From the NCBI GenBank assembly GCA_965247665.1, contig CBDFHH010000004.1:844595-908594 (forward strand): a DNA stretch of 64,000 bases, given 5' to 3'. Shown piece after piece: positions 1 through 10,439 of the stretch (position 1 is its first letter; each line of letters starts with the position of its first letter). Position numbers and translations under genes: made by a program. Source of the stretch: Alphaproteobacteria bacterium (GTDB lineage: Bacteria; Pseudomonadota; Alphaproteobacteria; SHVV01). Under the pieces are notes generated by a model, which was not told the DNA's origin, searched no databases, and worked only from the letters and a program-made list of their open reading frames with translations.

Positions 1-543
1 CCCGACGAGATCGTCGTATTCGTCGTCACCGAACATCCGGATCCACTCTGCGTATATGGGGTTATCGGGAAGGGCCTCGGCAAGTGGTTTGGCCAGCTCC
101 CCATAACTCCACGGGCAAGGCAGAACAGCGGTGAGTCCTTCGGCGCAGTCCCCCTGTTGGGTTACGTGCAGAAGATGCCGAGTATATCCATATGTGACTG
201 GCCCCATGGTGTCGATGGGATCTATCTCCTGTGGGTTGCCGCCCAACCGCTCGAGGAATCGCGAGTTGGCCGGAATTTCATTTTCGACGATGTGTGACAG
301 GAAGCGTGTGAGACTCGAGAGAGCTGACTGATCCGACGCTTTTCCGATGATCAGGGCGATCGACCGGGCGTAGTCCTCTAAGTAGAGGATGTTCTGCTCA
401 AAATACCGACGGAATTTTTCATGCGGCAACGTCCCGGCACCGATTTCATAGACCATTGGATGGCTGATGGCGGCTGTCCACGTTGCCATTGAGCGCTGAT
501 GCAACAGCCGGGAGACGCTTACTCTTTGCTCGTTGAGCATGAA
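1..543 (-). CDS. TenA/thiaminase-II family protein (heme-oxygenase-like fold). N-terminus at 543; C-terminus runs off the window start.
   Basis: Minus-strand translation from the ATG at 541-543 gives MLNEQRVSVSRLLHQRSMATWTAAISHPMVYEIGAGTLPHEKFRRYFEQNILYLEDYARS...AVLPCPWSYGEL. This carries the TenA/PqqC-like signature (YxxQD.YL, conserved PC.W.Y motif). It is absent from the ORF track because no stop codon lies inside the window. Confidence 0.55.
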
Positions 544-1005
544 CCGGAACTAGATCGCAGAATTGAACACCAAGTCAAGCGAGGCGCCGGTCTTGTAGCA
601 TTGAACGGCAGCAGAGATTCATTGCCTAAGAATCGATTTCGGGGACTTGCTACCGAATTGGTAACGCGAGAGTAAGCGCACTTGCGTCGCAGCGCGGATC
701 CCCCTCCTCGGTGAAACCGGCATACATGGGGCGCAACTCGTGCGCTTCGAGGTGTTAACGTTCGGCTACGGTGCGCGGTAACTTACACTGTGAAGTCGGA
801 CCGAATACCGATGCTATTAGGGTCTATTCGATTTGTTGCTGACGAAGGTTTCACCGACCTACGAGTCGATGATTCAACCCAATACGCGTGCAGCGCTTCG
901 GTAGTCCCCTGTATGAAACATTGCACCTTATCTTCCATTACTAATATGTGCCATAGCTCAGCCAACGTAACGTACAAATCCGAAGAAGCGCTTGACAATA
1001 CATCT

Positions 1006-1028
1006 TCTTGTTATTACTTGAAACAAGA
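1006..1028. promoter_or_regulatory. 7-bp inverted repeat TCTTGTT-N9-AACAAGA directly upstream of the GntR-family gene; candidate autoregulatory operator.
   Basis: Perfect reverse-complement arms at 1006-1012 and 1022-1028, sitting in an AT-rich 500-bp intergenic region. GntR/HutC operators are typically short palindromes of the GT..AC type. A TTGACA hexamer lies at 992-997. Confidence 0.25.
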
Positions 1029-1030
1029 GA

Positions 1031-1852
1031 TTGTCCTTTTCGGGAGCAAGCTGGGTTGTGAGGGAACATCGTACAGAAGCGGCGATCAAAGTTTCGCCGA
1101 CTAGTCTGCCAAAATCAGTTAAGATCGAGCAGATTCTCAGGCAACGGATCCGTAGCGAATACCAGCCTGGCGAGGTGTTTTCCTCCGAGCCCAAGCTTTC
1201 AAAAGAGTTTCAGGTCAGCCGTACTCTAATCCGGGGCGTGCTTGGTAATCTGGCGAGGGAAGGTTTTTTCAGTCGGAAGGCTCGATGCGGTACATTCGTA
1301 TCGACTCAATTGGGAGACAAGCCTGAACCCGAGGTAAGCGACCTTATCGAGCGACTCTTGGAATACGGGCCGAACATGCAAGTGGACGTGCTCGAAATCA
1401 AGACCACACTCGGCGAAGTTGGCCTAAAGACTCGCTTGCGTTTGGCGGTAGCGGACCCTCTTGTGGCGGTTAAGCGGCTCATATATTACTATGAACAACC
1501 GCTCACTTACTTGGTTTCGCTTGTTCCTTATGAGATTGTGCGCAATCTTGAGGCCGAGGACATTGAAAAGACTCCAGTCACGACTCTGCTGAGGCAGCGA
1601 AAGAACATCCCAATCGAGCGCGCAGCTCAAACGATCGAACCGGCCGTTGCCGATATTGAAGTCGCGTCCCACCTTAAGGTGAATGTCGGCCCCCCAATCC
1701 TCCTTGTGGAGCGATTCCTTCACGGGAGACGGAGTTTGCCGATTTATTGTAGCCAAGCCTTCTATCGTGGTGACCGATACAAGTTTACGGTGGGCCTGCA
1801 GCTGGGGAGGGGAAACGGCGCAGGTCGTAGAAGCCCAGGGAGCAGATCGTAG
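1031..1852 (+). CDS. GntR/HutC-family transcriptional regulator (winged HTH + UTRA effector domain).
   Basis: HTH segment VKIEQILRQRIRSEYQPGEVFSSEPKLSKEFQVSRTLIRGVLGNLAREGF is typical of GntR N-terminal domains, and the C-terminal ~180 aa are UTRA-like. The true start may be an internal GTG (VREHRTE...) because the HTH begins at about residue 29. Confidence 0.75.
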   Translation: MSFSGASWVVREHRTEAAIKVSPTSLPKSVKIEQILRQRIRSEYQPGEVFSSEPKLSKEFQVSRTLIRGVLGNLAREGFFSRKARCGTFVSTQLGDKPEPEVSDLIERLLEYGPNMQVDVLEIKTTLGEVGLKTRLRLAVADPLVAVKRLIYYYEQPLTYLVSLVPYEIVRNLEAEDIEKTPVTTLLRQRKNIPIERAAQTIEPAVADIEVASHLKVNVGPPILLVERFLHGRRSLPIYCSQAFYRGDRYKFTVGLQLGRGNGAGRRSPGSRS

Positions 1853-1858
1853 AAGCCC

Positions 1859-3070
1859 ATGGAAATGAGCGACGAAACGTTCAATAGGGTTCTCGACAGA
1901 GTAGACACGGACTTTGCGGTCTCGTTGACCCAAGAAATTGTCCGAATCCCTAGTGTCGTTGGGGACGAAGGGCCGATCGCCAACGCGCTTGAGGCAATAC
2001 TGCGTCAGCTTGATGTTGGCTCCGTTTGGCAGGAGGAGGTCGAGCCTGGACGCAAGAACGTCTTGTGGGAGATCGAGGGCTCGCAGCCAGGTCCACGGTT
2101 TCTGTTTACAGGGCATATGGATACCAAACCAGTGTGTGAGGGCTGGACACGCGATCCCTTTGGCGGTGAGCGCGAGGGCCCCCGCGTGTATGGTCACGCG
2201 ATTATGGACATGAAGGCAGGGCTCGCTTGCCAGATAGCGGCTATGAAAGCAATCGTTGAGGCTGGGCTCAGTTTTGGCGGCACAATGACATTCGCTGCGG
2301 TCGCCGACCACATGGGCGCGCAAAAGGGTAGCATTGCATTATTTGACCGGCACACGTTCGACTATGCTGTCCTGGGCGAGCTGACCGACATGCAGATTTA
2401 TGTTGCTCACCGAGGGCGTTATTACTTTGACATTTCAACGATCGGGCGGTCGGCACACACCTGCCACAAGGACAAGGCGATCAACGCGATCGAGAAAATT
2501 ATGCCTGTCGTAAAAAACGTTTCTGCGATTCGGTTCTACCCGGATATTGATCCGGTGCTGAAGGATCTTGTGGGCGACGAACTGTACATCGCTGTGGGCC
2601 GCATATATGGCGGACTATTCCCAGGCGGCCCCTCCATGATTCCGGATCGCTGTACAATACGGGTGGATACGCGGCCCCAACCGGGTGTGTCTGCAGATCT
2701 CGTTCGTGCCTTGCTGGAAGAGGCGGTCAGCAAAGCTCAAGCCGAGGATCCAGATATCGAAGTCGAGATAATGCTGGCGGATTCGAAGGACGGTTTCATC
2801 GTCCCGGTCGACGCGAAACTTGTTTGCTATATGAAGGCGGCCTGGGAGAGAGTAATGAACAGACCGCCGGTTCTGCGTGGAGGGTCGTGGCTCGGAGATA
2901 CGGCGAGCTTTGGCAAGCTTGTGGAGACAGTTATCTTTGGTCCGGGCGGTGAGCCAGTCTATATGCCCGACGAGTATTTGGAGATTTCGGATATCGAACG
3001 CGCCGTCCAAATCAACGCCCTGACCGCAACTCAAGCGCTCGTGCCTGAGGCTCGGTTGTCCAGCAAGTAG
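1859..3070 (+). CDS. M20-family metallopeptidase (ArgE/DapE/succinyl-diaminopimelate desuccinylase-like).
   Basis: FTGHMDTKPV metal-binding motif, HAIMDMKAGLA, GPGGEPVYMPDEYLEISDIERAVQINALTATQAL; 403 aa. Lies 6 bp after the GntR stop. Confidence 0.85.
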   Translation: MEMSDETFNRVLDRVDTDFAVSLTQEIVRIPSVVGDEGPIANALEAILRQLDVGSVWQEEVEPGRKNVLWEIEGSQPGPRFLFTGHMDTKPVCEGWTRDPFGGEREGPRVYGHAIMDMKAGLACQIAAMKAIVEAGLSFGGTMTFAAVADHMGAQKGSIALFDRHTFDYAVLGELTDMQIYVAHRGRYYFDISTIGRSAHTCHKDKAINAIEKIMPVVKNVSAIRFYPDIDPVLKDLVGDELYIAVGRIYGGLFPGGPSMIPDRCTIRVDTRPQPGVSADLVRALLEEAVSKAQAEDPDIEVEIMLADSKDGFIVPVDAKLVCYMKAAWERVMNRPPVLRGGSWLGDTASFGKLVETVIFGPGGEPVYMPDEYLEISDIERAVQINALTATQALVPEARLSSK

Positions 3071-3352
3071 GAGTCATCGGTTAGGGCGCAATCGAGGCAA
3101 CAAACCCCACGAACGCGCTGCCTCCATACCCGCCGGCAGCGTCGTCGTCGCGGACCCGCCACCCTTGCCGGCAGACGCGTTCGCAGAGAAAGGTATCGAC
3201 CATGGACCTTTATGCGGGCATTATTGTGGACGTTCATCCGCGGCCCCCGGCAAAGCTGTCGTGTGTCCAAACTCACAGCTTCAACCGCAAGTCCGAATGA
3301 ACAACCTCCCTGGCAACGACATCTAGGCTACGGCCCATAGGGGAAAGCTACG

Positions 3353-4354
3353 ATGATCCGTTTTGGGATCACGACGATGGCGGTCGAACCCCCGGATCGC
3401 TTCTTGCAGATAGTACAGACAGCGGACGACGGGGGATTCGATTACCTGTGGGTTTGCGATTCCTCGCTCCACGCGCGTGATGTCTACTCATACCTTACCT
3501 TAGCAGCCATGAACTCGGAGCGCATGCTTCTGGGCCCCAACTGCACACACCCCTACACCCGGCACCCGGCGATCAATTTCAACGCCATGGCCACGGTTCA
3601 CGAGCTTTCGAGCGGGCGCGGCATAATCGCAGTTGCAACGGGTGATCGACCGGTCATGGAATTGGGATATCGCATGGCACGCGTGGCCGTCGTGCGAGAA
3701 ATGATTGAAGTAATTCGTGCTCTACAGCAGAGCGAAACGATTAGTTTGGAAGGGCCAACGTTTACTCTCAGAAATGCGCGCATGTCGTTCAGGCTGCCAT
3801 CGGAGATCCCCATATACATGGCTGCATCCGGGCCGCGCATGCTTCAGATGGCGGGAGAGTTGGCAGACGGCATCCTCTTCTTAAGCGGCTTGCACCCCTC
3901 CTGCGTTCGTTACGCCCTCGATCACATTGAGGCCGGTGCCAAGAAAGCGGGGCGGGACCTAAGCACGCTCGATGTTGGTTGCACCATCTACGGTTCGTTG
4001 AACAATGAGGAAGATTTCGCTCGCGAAGAGTGCCGGCCTATGGCGGCTTGGTTTCCACAAACGGCGCCACATTACGCCGAAATTGTCGGGATTCATTCAG
4101 ATACGATTCAGCGAATTAGGCAGGCCTATTCGGGTGGACACTTTGACGATGCGAAAGAAGCATTGCGCTATGTAACCGACGACATGATCGATGCGTTTAC
4201 CGTGGCGGGTCCAGCCAGCGTGTGGATCGCACAAATAAACAAGATTATCGAAGCGGGTGTCCGCCACATCAACATCTTCTTGCTGACGAAGGACAAGGTA
4301 GCGATGACGAAAGCTCTCGTGACGGACGTCCTACCCAAGGTAAGGAGCGCTTGA
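3353..4354 (+). CDS. Luciferase-like monooxygenase (LLM) class F420-dependent oxidoreductase.
   Basis: N-terminal IRFGITTMAVEPPDRFLQIVQTADDGGFDYLWVCDSSLHARDVYSYLTLAAM and the TIM-barrel LLM pattern; 333 aa. RBS GGGGAAAG upstream. Confidence 0.85.
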   Translation: MIRFGITTMAVEPPDRFLQIVQTADDGGFDYLWVCDSSLHARDVYSYLTLAAMNSERMLLGPNCTHPYTRHPAINFNAMATVHELSSGRGIIAVATGDRPVMELGYRMARVAVVREMIEVIRALQQSETISLEGPTFTLRNARMSFRLPSEIPIYMAASGPRMLQMAGELADGILFLSGLHPSCVRYALDHIEAGAKKAGRDLSTLDVGCTIYGSLNNEEDFAREECRPMAAWFPQTAPHYAEIVGIHSDTIQRIRQAYSGGHFDDAKEALRYVTDDMIDAFTVAGPASVWIAQINKIIEAGVRHINIFLLTKDKVAMTKALVTDVLPKVRSA

Positions 4355-4355
4355 A

Positions 4356-5153
4356 GTGCCAACCGCGCAAATCAATGGAGTAGGACTGTATTACGAAGAG
4401 CACGGGTCTGGTTTTCCGCTCCTTCTCCTGATGGGATTTGGAGACGATTGCGGCGCGTGGTCCCTTCAACTACCGGCATTTTCAGCTCGATATCGGACAA
4501 TCGTCTACGATCACCGTGGAGTTGGGAGATCGGAGAAACCGCAAGACGGCTATTCGATACAGCAGTTTTCTGATGACGCTATCGAACTTTTGAACCACCT
4601 TGACGCGTCTCAAGCTCATGTCCTCGGATACTCGATGGGCGGACGTATAGCGCAGGATTTGGCCGCCCGATACCCTGGTCGCGTCGCCTCGATCGTGCTT
4701 GCGTCATCAGCAGCGACGCCAAACGCACTGAATCTCTACAGCCTGAAGGCCGGTGCCTACCTATACAGGAATTTTGGTCCCGCGGCGGCAAGCGCTATTG
4801 GCCCACTCATCTCCTTCACCCACGACTACTTTGCTGAGCATCTCTCCGAGCTGATAGACAATCTGGGGAAACCGCCGGCACACCCGATGCCCGATCACGC
4901 ATTCGAAGGCCATGTGCGGGCTATCGAGGAGCACGATACGACGGACGTCATAGGTGAAATCAAAGTGCCAACGTTGGTTCTCATGGGCGATCAGGAGTGG
5001 CTCAACCCACGATCCGACGCCGACGCTTTGCTCCGGGGTATCCCCAATTCGAATCTACGTGTGCTCGAGGGGGGAGGGCATGGGTTCATTTGGGAAATCC
5101 CCGATTCCTTTAATCAGGCTGTCTTGGAATTTCTGGACGAGCACGCGCTATAG
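4356..5153 (+). CDS. Alpha/beta-fold hydrolase.
   Basis: INGVGLYYEEHGSGFPLLLLMGFGDD..., nucleophile elbow GYSMGG, C-terminal EGGGHGFIWEIPDSFNQAVLEFL. Start lies 2 bp after the LLM stop, so the two are probably co-transcribed. Confidence 0.8.
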   Translation: MPTAQINGVGLYYEEHGSGFPLLLLMGFGDDCGAWSLQLPAFSARYRTIVYDHRGVGRSEKPQDGYSIQQFSDDAIELLNHLDASQAHVLGYSMGGRIAQDLAARYPGRVASIVLASSAATPNALNLYSLKAGAYLYRNFGPAAASAIGPLISFTHDYFAEHLSELIDNLGKPPAHPMPDHAFEGHVRAIEEHDTTDVIGEIKVPTLVLMGDQEWLNPRSDADALLRGIPNSNLRVLEGGGHGFIWEIPDSFNQAVLEFLDEHAL

Positions 5154-5302
5154 GTAGGAACTCAACGCAATTGGTCTATCTCTTGCCCGGCGTTCCCAGT
5201 CATCCGCCGTCATCAATTGAGTCGATTGCGGCGGAGATCTACGCCACGCACGCGGGTTGCGTATTGAGAGTAATCGAAAAAGCACCTACTCATGCCATGA
5301 GC

Positions 5303-5332
5303 TTGACAATCTCATAGTTGTATTTGTAACAT
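5303..5332 (+). promoter_or_regulatory. Candidate sigma70-like promoter (TTGACA-18 bp-TAACAT) in the AT-rich intergenic region upstream of the HDAC-family gene.
   Basis: Consensus -35 hexamer at 5303-5308 and a 4/6 -10 match at 5327-5332, inside the locally AT-rich 350-bp gap 5154-5504. This would imply a ~170-nt 5' UTR. Confidence 0.25.
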
Positions 5333-5504
5333 CTGAAAACAAAAGCTTGTCGTAAAGAATGCAAGCTGCGAGAAAGCTGAAACGGGGAAGGGGTGACTGA
5401 GAGTTGATGCCGCCTGCGGTGCTCTAACATGCGCTGCGCCTCGGCGGTCAGCGAACCAGCCCGTCGACAAGACACCTCGACACGACAGGGAGGTTGAACC
5501 AGCG

Positions 5505-6614
5505 GTGAGCACAGCGGTTGTCTGGGATGATCGCTTTGGCATCCACGACATGGGGGAAGCCGCTCTCTACATTCCCCCCGCTGGTATCGTCGAGTCCGAT
5601 CTCCATATCGATAACCCCACCCGGATTGTTCGTACCAGGAACGTTATCAGTGCCGCAGGTCTGGACGAAATATTGACACTTCGCGCGCCGCGCGAAGCCA
5701 ACCTAGACGAGCTCACACGGGTCCACTCGGCCGAGCACATCGAGCGGATGCAAGGGGTTTCAACAGCCGGCGGCGGAGACGCCGGCTGCGGGTATACACC
5801 TATGGATGCGCGATCCTACGAGCTTGGAATCCTCAGTGCCGGATCGACCCTCACGGCGCTGGATCTCGTTATGCAGAGACTGGTTGAGAACGCCCACGCG
5901 ATGACGCGCCGTTCGGGGCACCACGCGTCACGGGATACCGGCTTGGGTTTTTGCATTTTCAACAACGTGGCTATTGCGGCGCGCGCCGCTCAATCGGACT
6001 ACAAGCTTAGGCGCGTTGCAATCGTCGATATCGATGCGCATCATGGAAACGGGACCGAGACAATTTTTTACGCCGACTCGAGCGTTCTAACGATCTCGAT
6101 TCAACAGGACAGATTGTTCCCGGTCGAGACAGGAGACAGCTCGTCACTGGGCGCGGACGATGCGATCGGGTACAATCTGAATGTCAACCTGCCGGCTGGC
6201 ACCGGTGATGAGGGTTATCTCTACGGATTTGACCAAATCGTCTCGCCAGCGCTTCGCGCATTCCAACCTGAACTTATCCTAGTGGCTTGCGGCGTGGATG
6301 CGAGCTACTACGACCCCATGGCGCGTCTAGCCGTTACCGCACGCGGCTTTCGTGCCATCGGCGCGCGTTTGCGTGATCTCGCTCGTGAACTGTGTTCCGG
6401 CAGGCTCGTCATGTCGCAGGAAGGTGGCTACAGCCACCAGTATGCCCCTTTCTGCTGGTTGGCGCTCATCGAAGCGATTGCTGATGTTAGCAATGCACAC
6501 GAAGATCCCTTCGAGCCGTTCCTTGATGGTGCCGGTGCGCGGGAATTGACGTTGTGGCAACAGAGCACCATAGACGCGACGACGCGTGCAATGGAAGGAT
6601 ACTGGCATCGATGA
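5505..6614 (+). CDS. Histone-deacetylase-family amidohydrolase (acetoin utilisation AcuC / acetylpolyamine amidohydrolase-like).
   Basis: HDAC-fold motifs RSGHHASRDTGLGFCIFNNVAIAA, VDIDAHHGNGTETIFY, MSQEGGY. GTG start at 5505 preceded by RBS AGGGAGG. Confidence 0.85.
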   Translation: MSTAVVWDDRFGIHDMGEAALYIPPAGIVESDLHIDNPTRIVRTRNVISAAGLDEILTLRAPREANLDELTRVHSAEHIERMQGVSTAGGGDAGCGYTPMDARSYELGILSAGSTLTALDLVMQRLVENAHAMTRRSGHHASRDTGLGFCIFNNVAIAARAAQSDYKLRRVAIVDIDAHHGNGTETIFYADSSVLTISIQQDRLFPVETGDSSSLGADDAIGYNLNVNLPAGTGDEGYLYGFDQIVSPALRAFQPELILVACGVDASYYDPMARLAVTARGFRAIGARLRDLARELCSGRLVMSQEGGYSHQYAPFCWLALIEAIADVSNAHEDPFEPFLDGAGARELTLWQQSTIDATTRAMEGYWHR

Positions 6615-6778
6615 TTGTGTATTGCTGGTGTCTCCTCGCTAGTCCGCACCAGCTTGGTGTGGTTACACGAAGAACGTTCCAGATCGAGGGTCGCTTAATC
6701 CCTTCGAGTACTAAAGCGTGCCAGCGTTAGAACTACACTATGAGCCTATTACCCAATCATACGTCGAGGGAGGTAACC

Positions 6779-7801
6779 ATGTGGACTTCAAGTACGGACA
6801 TCCGAGAGCGCAGTACTTGCCGGCGCCCAAGAGCGATATGGTCGCTTGCCTGTGCCACTCTTCTATCTCTTGCCATGGTCGCTATTTGCTTTGGTAGTGT
6901 CGCGCAAGCAGACCAAGCCAGAGTTGGCGGCCTTTTCACGCAGTCCGTCAGTCAGGGTAATTGGGATCCGGGAGGATATGCCGGGTTCAAAGCAATGTGC
7001 GAGAAGTACAACTTCCAGTGCTCACACGTCGAGCACGCTACCTACGAAAAAGCGCCAGCCATCCTGCGTGATCTCGCTTCCAAGGGATACGATCTCATCA
7101 TCACCCATAGTGGGGGGTACGCGTCGGCAATTTGGGAGGTCGCCCCTGAGTTTCCGGACACCGAATTCGTCCTTTACAGCTGGGCTAATACGACAAAAGA
7201 CTTGAAGAACTACTCCGCCTGGTCGATGAATTGGGACGAATACGGTTACGTTCTTGGCGTACTTGCAGGTGCAACCTCCAAATCTGGCCACATCGCATTG
7301 GTCGGAGGTGAGGCAATCCCTTCGACCAAAGAAACGATCAAGTTCATCTCGCGCGGTGCAAAGAGTGTAAACCCAGACATCAAGATCGATGTCAGCTACA
7401 TTGGATCTTGGACCGATGTCGCCAAGGGGAAGGAGATCGGCCTCCAAGCGATCGAGCGCGGCGCCGACTTTCTGATCCCGATTGCTGACACCGCTGGCGC
7501 TGGCGTGCAACAAGCGGCAGAGGAGAATGGCAAGTTGACTATGGGAGAGTATATTGACCAAAGTGCCTCTTATCCGAAGTCAATTGTTACAAGCACGCTT
7601 CTAGATTACGTGGGTGCATTCGACGAGATCGGCGAGGCTTTTACTCAGGGTAAACTCAACGGCCAGATCGTCCAACTGAACATCGATACTGGCGACTTTA
7701 CTATGAATAAGCCTTTCCAGCATGTTGCGCCAGATGTCGAGGAAAAAGTCATGAAAGTGTTTCACGGTATTGGCGAAGGCACGATCAAAGTGAATGAGTA
7801 A
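6779..7801 (+). CDS. BMP-family (PnrA/Med-like, nucleoside-type) ABC transporter substrate-binding lipoprotein/periplasmic protein.
   Basis: Signal peptide with RR (RRPRAIWSLACATLLSLAMVAICFGSVAQA), followed by a BMP-fold pattern (GGLFTQSVSQGNWD...IITHSGGY...ALVGGEAIPST...FLIPIADTAGAGVQQA). Strong RBS GGGAGG 6 nt before the ATG at 6779. The upstream ATG at 6740 was rejected. Confidence 0.85.
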   Translation: MWTSSTDIRERSTCRRPRAIWSLACATLLSLAMVAICFGSVAQADQARVGGLFTQSVSQGNWDPGGYAGFKAMCEKYNFQCSHVEHATYEKAPAILRDLASKGYDLIITHSGGYASAIWEVAPEFPDTEFVLYSWANTTKDLKNYSAWSMNWDEYGYVLGVLAGATSKSGHIALVGGEAIPSTKETIKFISRGAKSVNPDIKIDVSYIGSWTDVAKGKEIGLQAIERGADFLIPIADTAGAGVQQAAEENGKLTMGEYIDQSASYPKSIVTSTLLDYVGAFDEIGEAFTQGKLNGQIVQLNIDTGDFTMNKPFQHVAPDVEEKVMKVFHGIGEGTIKVNE

Positions 7802-7809
7802 CCGCTGAA

Positions 7810-9354
7810 GTGCCTGACGAACGAGAGCCACTCGCTCGCCTTGAGGGAATCACAAAGCGTTTTCAGGGTGGAGTTATCGCCAACCGAACGGTGGATCTCA
7901 CCCTTTATGGGGGTGAGATCCACGCGCTTGTCGGCGAAAATGGCGCAGGTAAGACGACGCTAATGAACATCCTCTTTGGGCTTGTCGAGCCAGACGAGGG
8001 GAAGATCTTTGTTGGCAACAGATTAGTCCGCCATAGCACACCAGCCGACGCGATTGCCAACGGCATCGGCATGGTACATCAGCATTTCAAACTGGTGTCT
8101 CGGCTAACAGTGGCGGAAAACTTGATCTTGGGTCGTTTTCGCGACGCGGGATTGCGCCTTGCGCCTCGGCGAGTCGCTATGGAGATCGTAGAACTCTCAC
8201 GCCAGTATGGACTTGATGTCGAACCCAACGCCATCGTCGGCTCGCTACCCTTGGCCGGTCAACAACGTGTTGAAATCCTCAAGGCTCTCTACCAGGACGC
8301 ACGTGTATTAATCCTAGACGAACCCACAACAGTTTTGAACCCGGACGAGGTGGAGCGCCTGTACGAGGTGCTTGTTTCCCTAGCACTTGAAGGGCGTAGT
8401 ATTGTTTTAATTACGCATCACCTTGATGAGGTATTTCGGTTTAGCAATTATGTTTCGGTGCTCCGGTTAGGGCAGATCGTGGGCTCTGGGTGGACCAAGA
8501 ACATTACTCGGGAGAAGATAGCTAAACTCATCGTCGGTCGGGAGTTCAAATCCGCCGGCGATTTGCGGAGCGAATCAAACGCTAATTTAGGGCCGCTGCT
8601 GCTCGAGATTGACCATGTGTCCCTGCCTGGCTCAACGTTTTCAACCGGCCTTAACGATGTAACACTAAAGGTTCACGGCGGTGAAGTCATGGCTATTGCT
8701 GGGGTCGAGGGCAACGGTCAGCGCGAGCTGTTCGAAATTGTATCGGGCTTGCGTCGGCCAACGGATGGTCGGGTGGCAATCGGCGGCCTAAAGGGCCAAC
8801 CGCGTAACCGAAAGCACTCGGCGGAACTTGGTCTTAGGGTTGTCCCTGAGGATCGTCACTCAGAAGGACTGGTACTGGATCTAACTGTGGCCGAGAACCT
8901 GGTGGTTGATTGCATTGACAGCCAACCATACGCCGAATTCGGCTGGCTCAACCGTAAGACCATCAGATCCATTGCGATCTCATTGCTGAAGCGCTTTGAC
9001 ATACGTGCCTCAAGTTCTGATGTAGCGGTAAGAACGCTATCCGGTGGAAATCAACAAAAAGTAGTTTTAGCGCGTGCTCTTCGGGACGGCGCCGGGGTCC
9101 TGCTCGCTCATCAGCCGACGCGGGGCCTGGACGTCGGTGCAACTGAGGAAATCCTCCAACAGATTTCGACCGCCGCGGATGCTGGCGCCGCAGTTCTGCT
9201 CATTTCAAGCAGCCTTGATGAAGTGATTCGTATGGGTGACCGCATCATCGTATTTTATCGAGGTCGGATCGCCGGCGAGACTTCAAGGCAAAACGCTTCT
9301 ATCGAGCAAATCGGACGCTGGATGACAGGTGTTCGGTCAGATGAGGCGGCTTGA
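7810..9354 (+). CDS. ABC transporter ATP-binding protein with two fused ATPase domains (sugar/nucleoside CUT2-type).
   Basis: Two Walker A motifs (GENGAGKTT; GVEGNGQRE-type second domain), LSGGNQQKVVLARAL signature; 514 aa. Confidence 0.9.
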   Translation: MPDEREPLARLEGITKRFQGGVIANRTVDLTLYGGEIHALVGENGAGKTTLMNILFGLVEPDEGKIFVGNRLVRHSTPADAIANGIGMVHQHFKLVSRLTVAENLILGRFRDAGLRLAPRRVAMEIVELSRQYGLDVEPNAIVGSLPLAGQQRVEILKALYQDARVLILDEPTTVLNPDEVERLYEVLVSLALEGRSIVLITHHLDEVFRFSNYVSVLRLGQIVGSGWTKNITREKIAKLIVGREFKSAGDLRSESNANLGPLLLEIDHVSLPGSTFSTGLNDVTLKVHGGEVMAIAGVEGNGQRELFEIVSGLRRPTDGRVAIGGLKGQPRNRKHSAELGLRVVPEDRHSEGLVLDLTVAENLVVDCIDSQPYAEFGWLNRKTIRSIAISLLKRFDIRASSSDVAVRTLSGGNQQKVVLARALRDGAGVLLAHQPTRGLDVGATEEILQQISTAADAGAAVLLISSSLDEVIRMGDRIIVFYRGRIAGETSRQNASIEQIGRWMTGVRSDEAA

Positions 9355-10439
9355 GGGAATCCATCTCGCAGCTCAGGCGTGTCCGCGCGACATTTCTGGC
9401 TCGGCTTGTGCGGCCGAGCCGACCAGGCAGCAACACACTTATTGTCTTGGGCGCCATTGCCGCTAGCATTTTCGCTGGCGCGTTGACAGTAACGATTATT
9501 GGCGTCTCGCCCGTGCAGGCGCTTATTGTAGTTATCCAAGGATCAGTCGGTTCACTTCGAGGCTTAGGCGATTCACTCGTATTCGCAACACCGCGTTTGT
9601 TCGTAGCCCTCGGCACAATCGTCGCCGTGCGCTGCGGAGTGTTTAACCTCGGCGGTGAAGGCCAGCTTCAACTAGGGGCGATTGGTGCCGTGCTCGCTGG
9701 CACAATGGTGGGTCAAATCGTTCCTCCGCTGCACATCGCATTCGCTGTCCTCTCCGCAATGGCATTTGGTGCTGCGTGGGCCATGCTCGCGATCTTGCTC
9801 AAGTTGTGGCGCGGCGCCGACGAGATCATCGTAACGCTTATGATGAACTTTATCGGAATCTTTCTTGTCGCCTATTTGGTGGAGGGACCGCTTCAGCCAC
9901 CGGATTCCATTTTCAATATGTCGGAGAGGATAGAACAGACCTCCCGGCTACCAATACTAATTCCAGGCACGCGACTACATTTGGGTTTTGTGATCGCCCT
10001 TGCCGCTACTGCCGCGGTTTGGTGCTTGCTCTACCGAACGTCTCTTGGGGTACAGCTGCGTGCGACGGGTCTCAACCCCAAAGCGGCACGCCTCCAGGGA
10101 CTGTCGACAGGTCAGCTGATGTTCGTGTCAATGGCGATATCCGGTGCCGTGGGTGGTTTGGCGGGAGCCGGAGAAGTACTTGGGGTACAGTTCCGGCTGA
10201 TCGAGGGTTTCAGTTCCGGCTTTGGATTCGAAGGCTTGGCGATCGCGTTCCTTGGCGGTCTTGAGCCAATCCCTGTTCTGCTCATTGCTATCTATTTTGG
10301 CATCATACAAAACGGAACAACGGCGTTGCAGAGCACCCTCAGTGTGCCTGCTTCACTCGTTTACATCATGGTAGCGCTGCCAATATTGTTCTTGGCAGGC
10401 GCGCAGGGATGGCGGCTTATGCGCGGTGGGACCGCGTGA
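9351..10439 (+). CDS. ABC transporter permease (BMP-family / ribose-type, first TMD).
   Basis: Polytopic hydrophobic protein of 362 aa. Overlaps the ATPase stop by 4 bp, which suggests translational coupling. Confidence 0.85.
   Translation: MRESISQLRRVRATFLARLVRPSRPGSNTLIVLGAIAASIFAGALTVTIIGVSPVQALIVVIQGSVGSLRGLGDSLVFATPRLFVALGTIVAVRCGVFNLGGEGQLQLGAIGAVLAGTMVGQIVPPLHIAFAVLSAMAFGAAWAMLAILLKLWRGADEIIVTLMMNFIGIFLVAYLVEGPLQPPDSIFNMSERIEQTSRLPILIPGTRLHLGFVIALAATAAVWCLLYRTSLGVQLRATGLNPKAARLQGLSTGQLMFVSMAISGAVGGLAGAGEVLGVQFRLIEGFSSGFGFEGLAIAFLGGLEPIPVLLIAIYFGIIQNGTTALQSTLSVPASLVYIMVALPILFLAGAQGWRLMRGGTA

Noticed and set aside
545-720. Possible TPP riboswitch upstream of the tenA-family gene
   Set aside because: Looked on the minus strand for THI-box hallmarks (CTGAGA, GGGG...CCC pairing) and did not find them.
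6740-6778. Upstream ATG start for the BMP-family SBP
   Set aside because: The ATG at 6779 has a strong GGGAGG RBS and yields a proper signal peptide; the extension adds 13 residues with no RBS.
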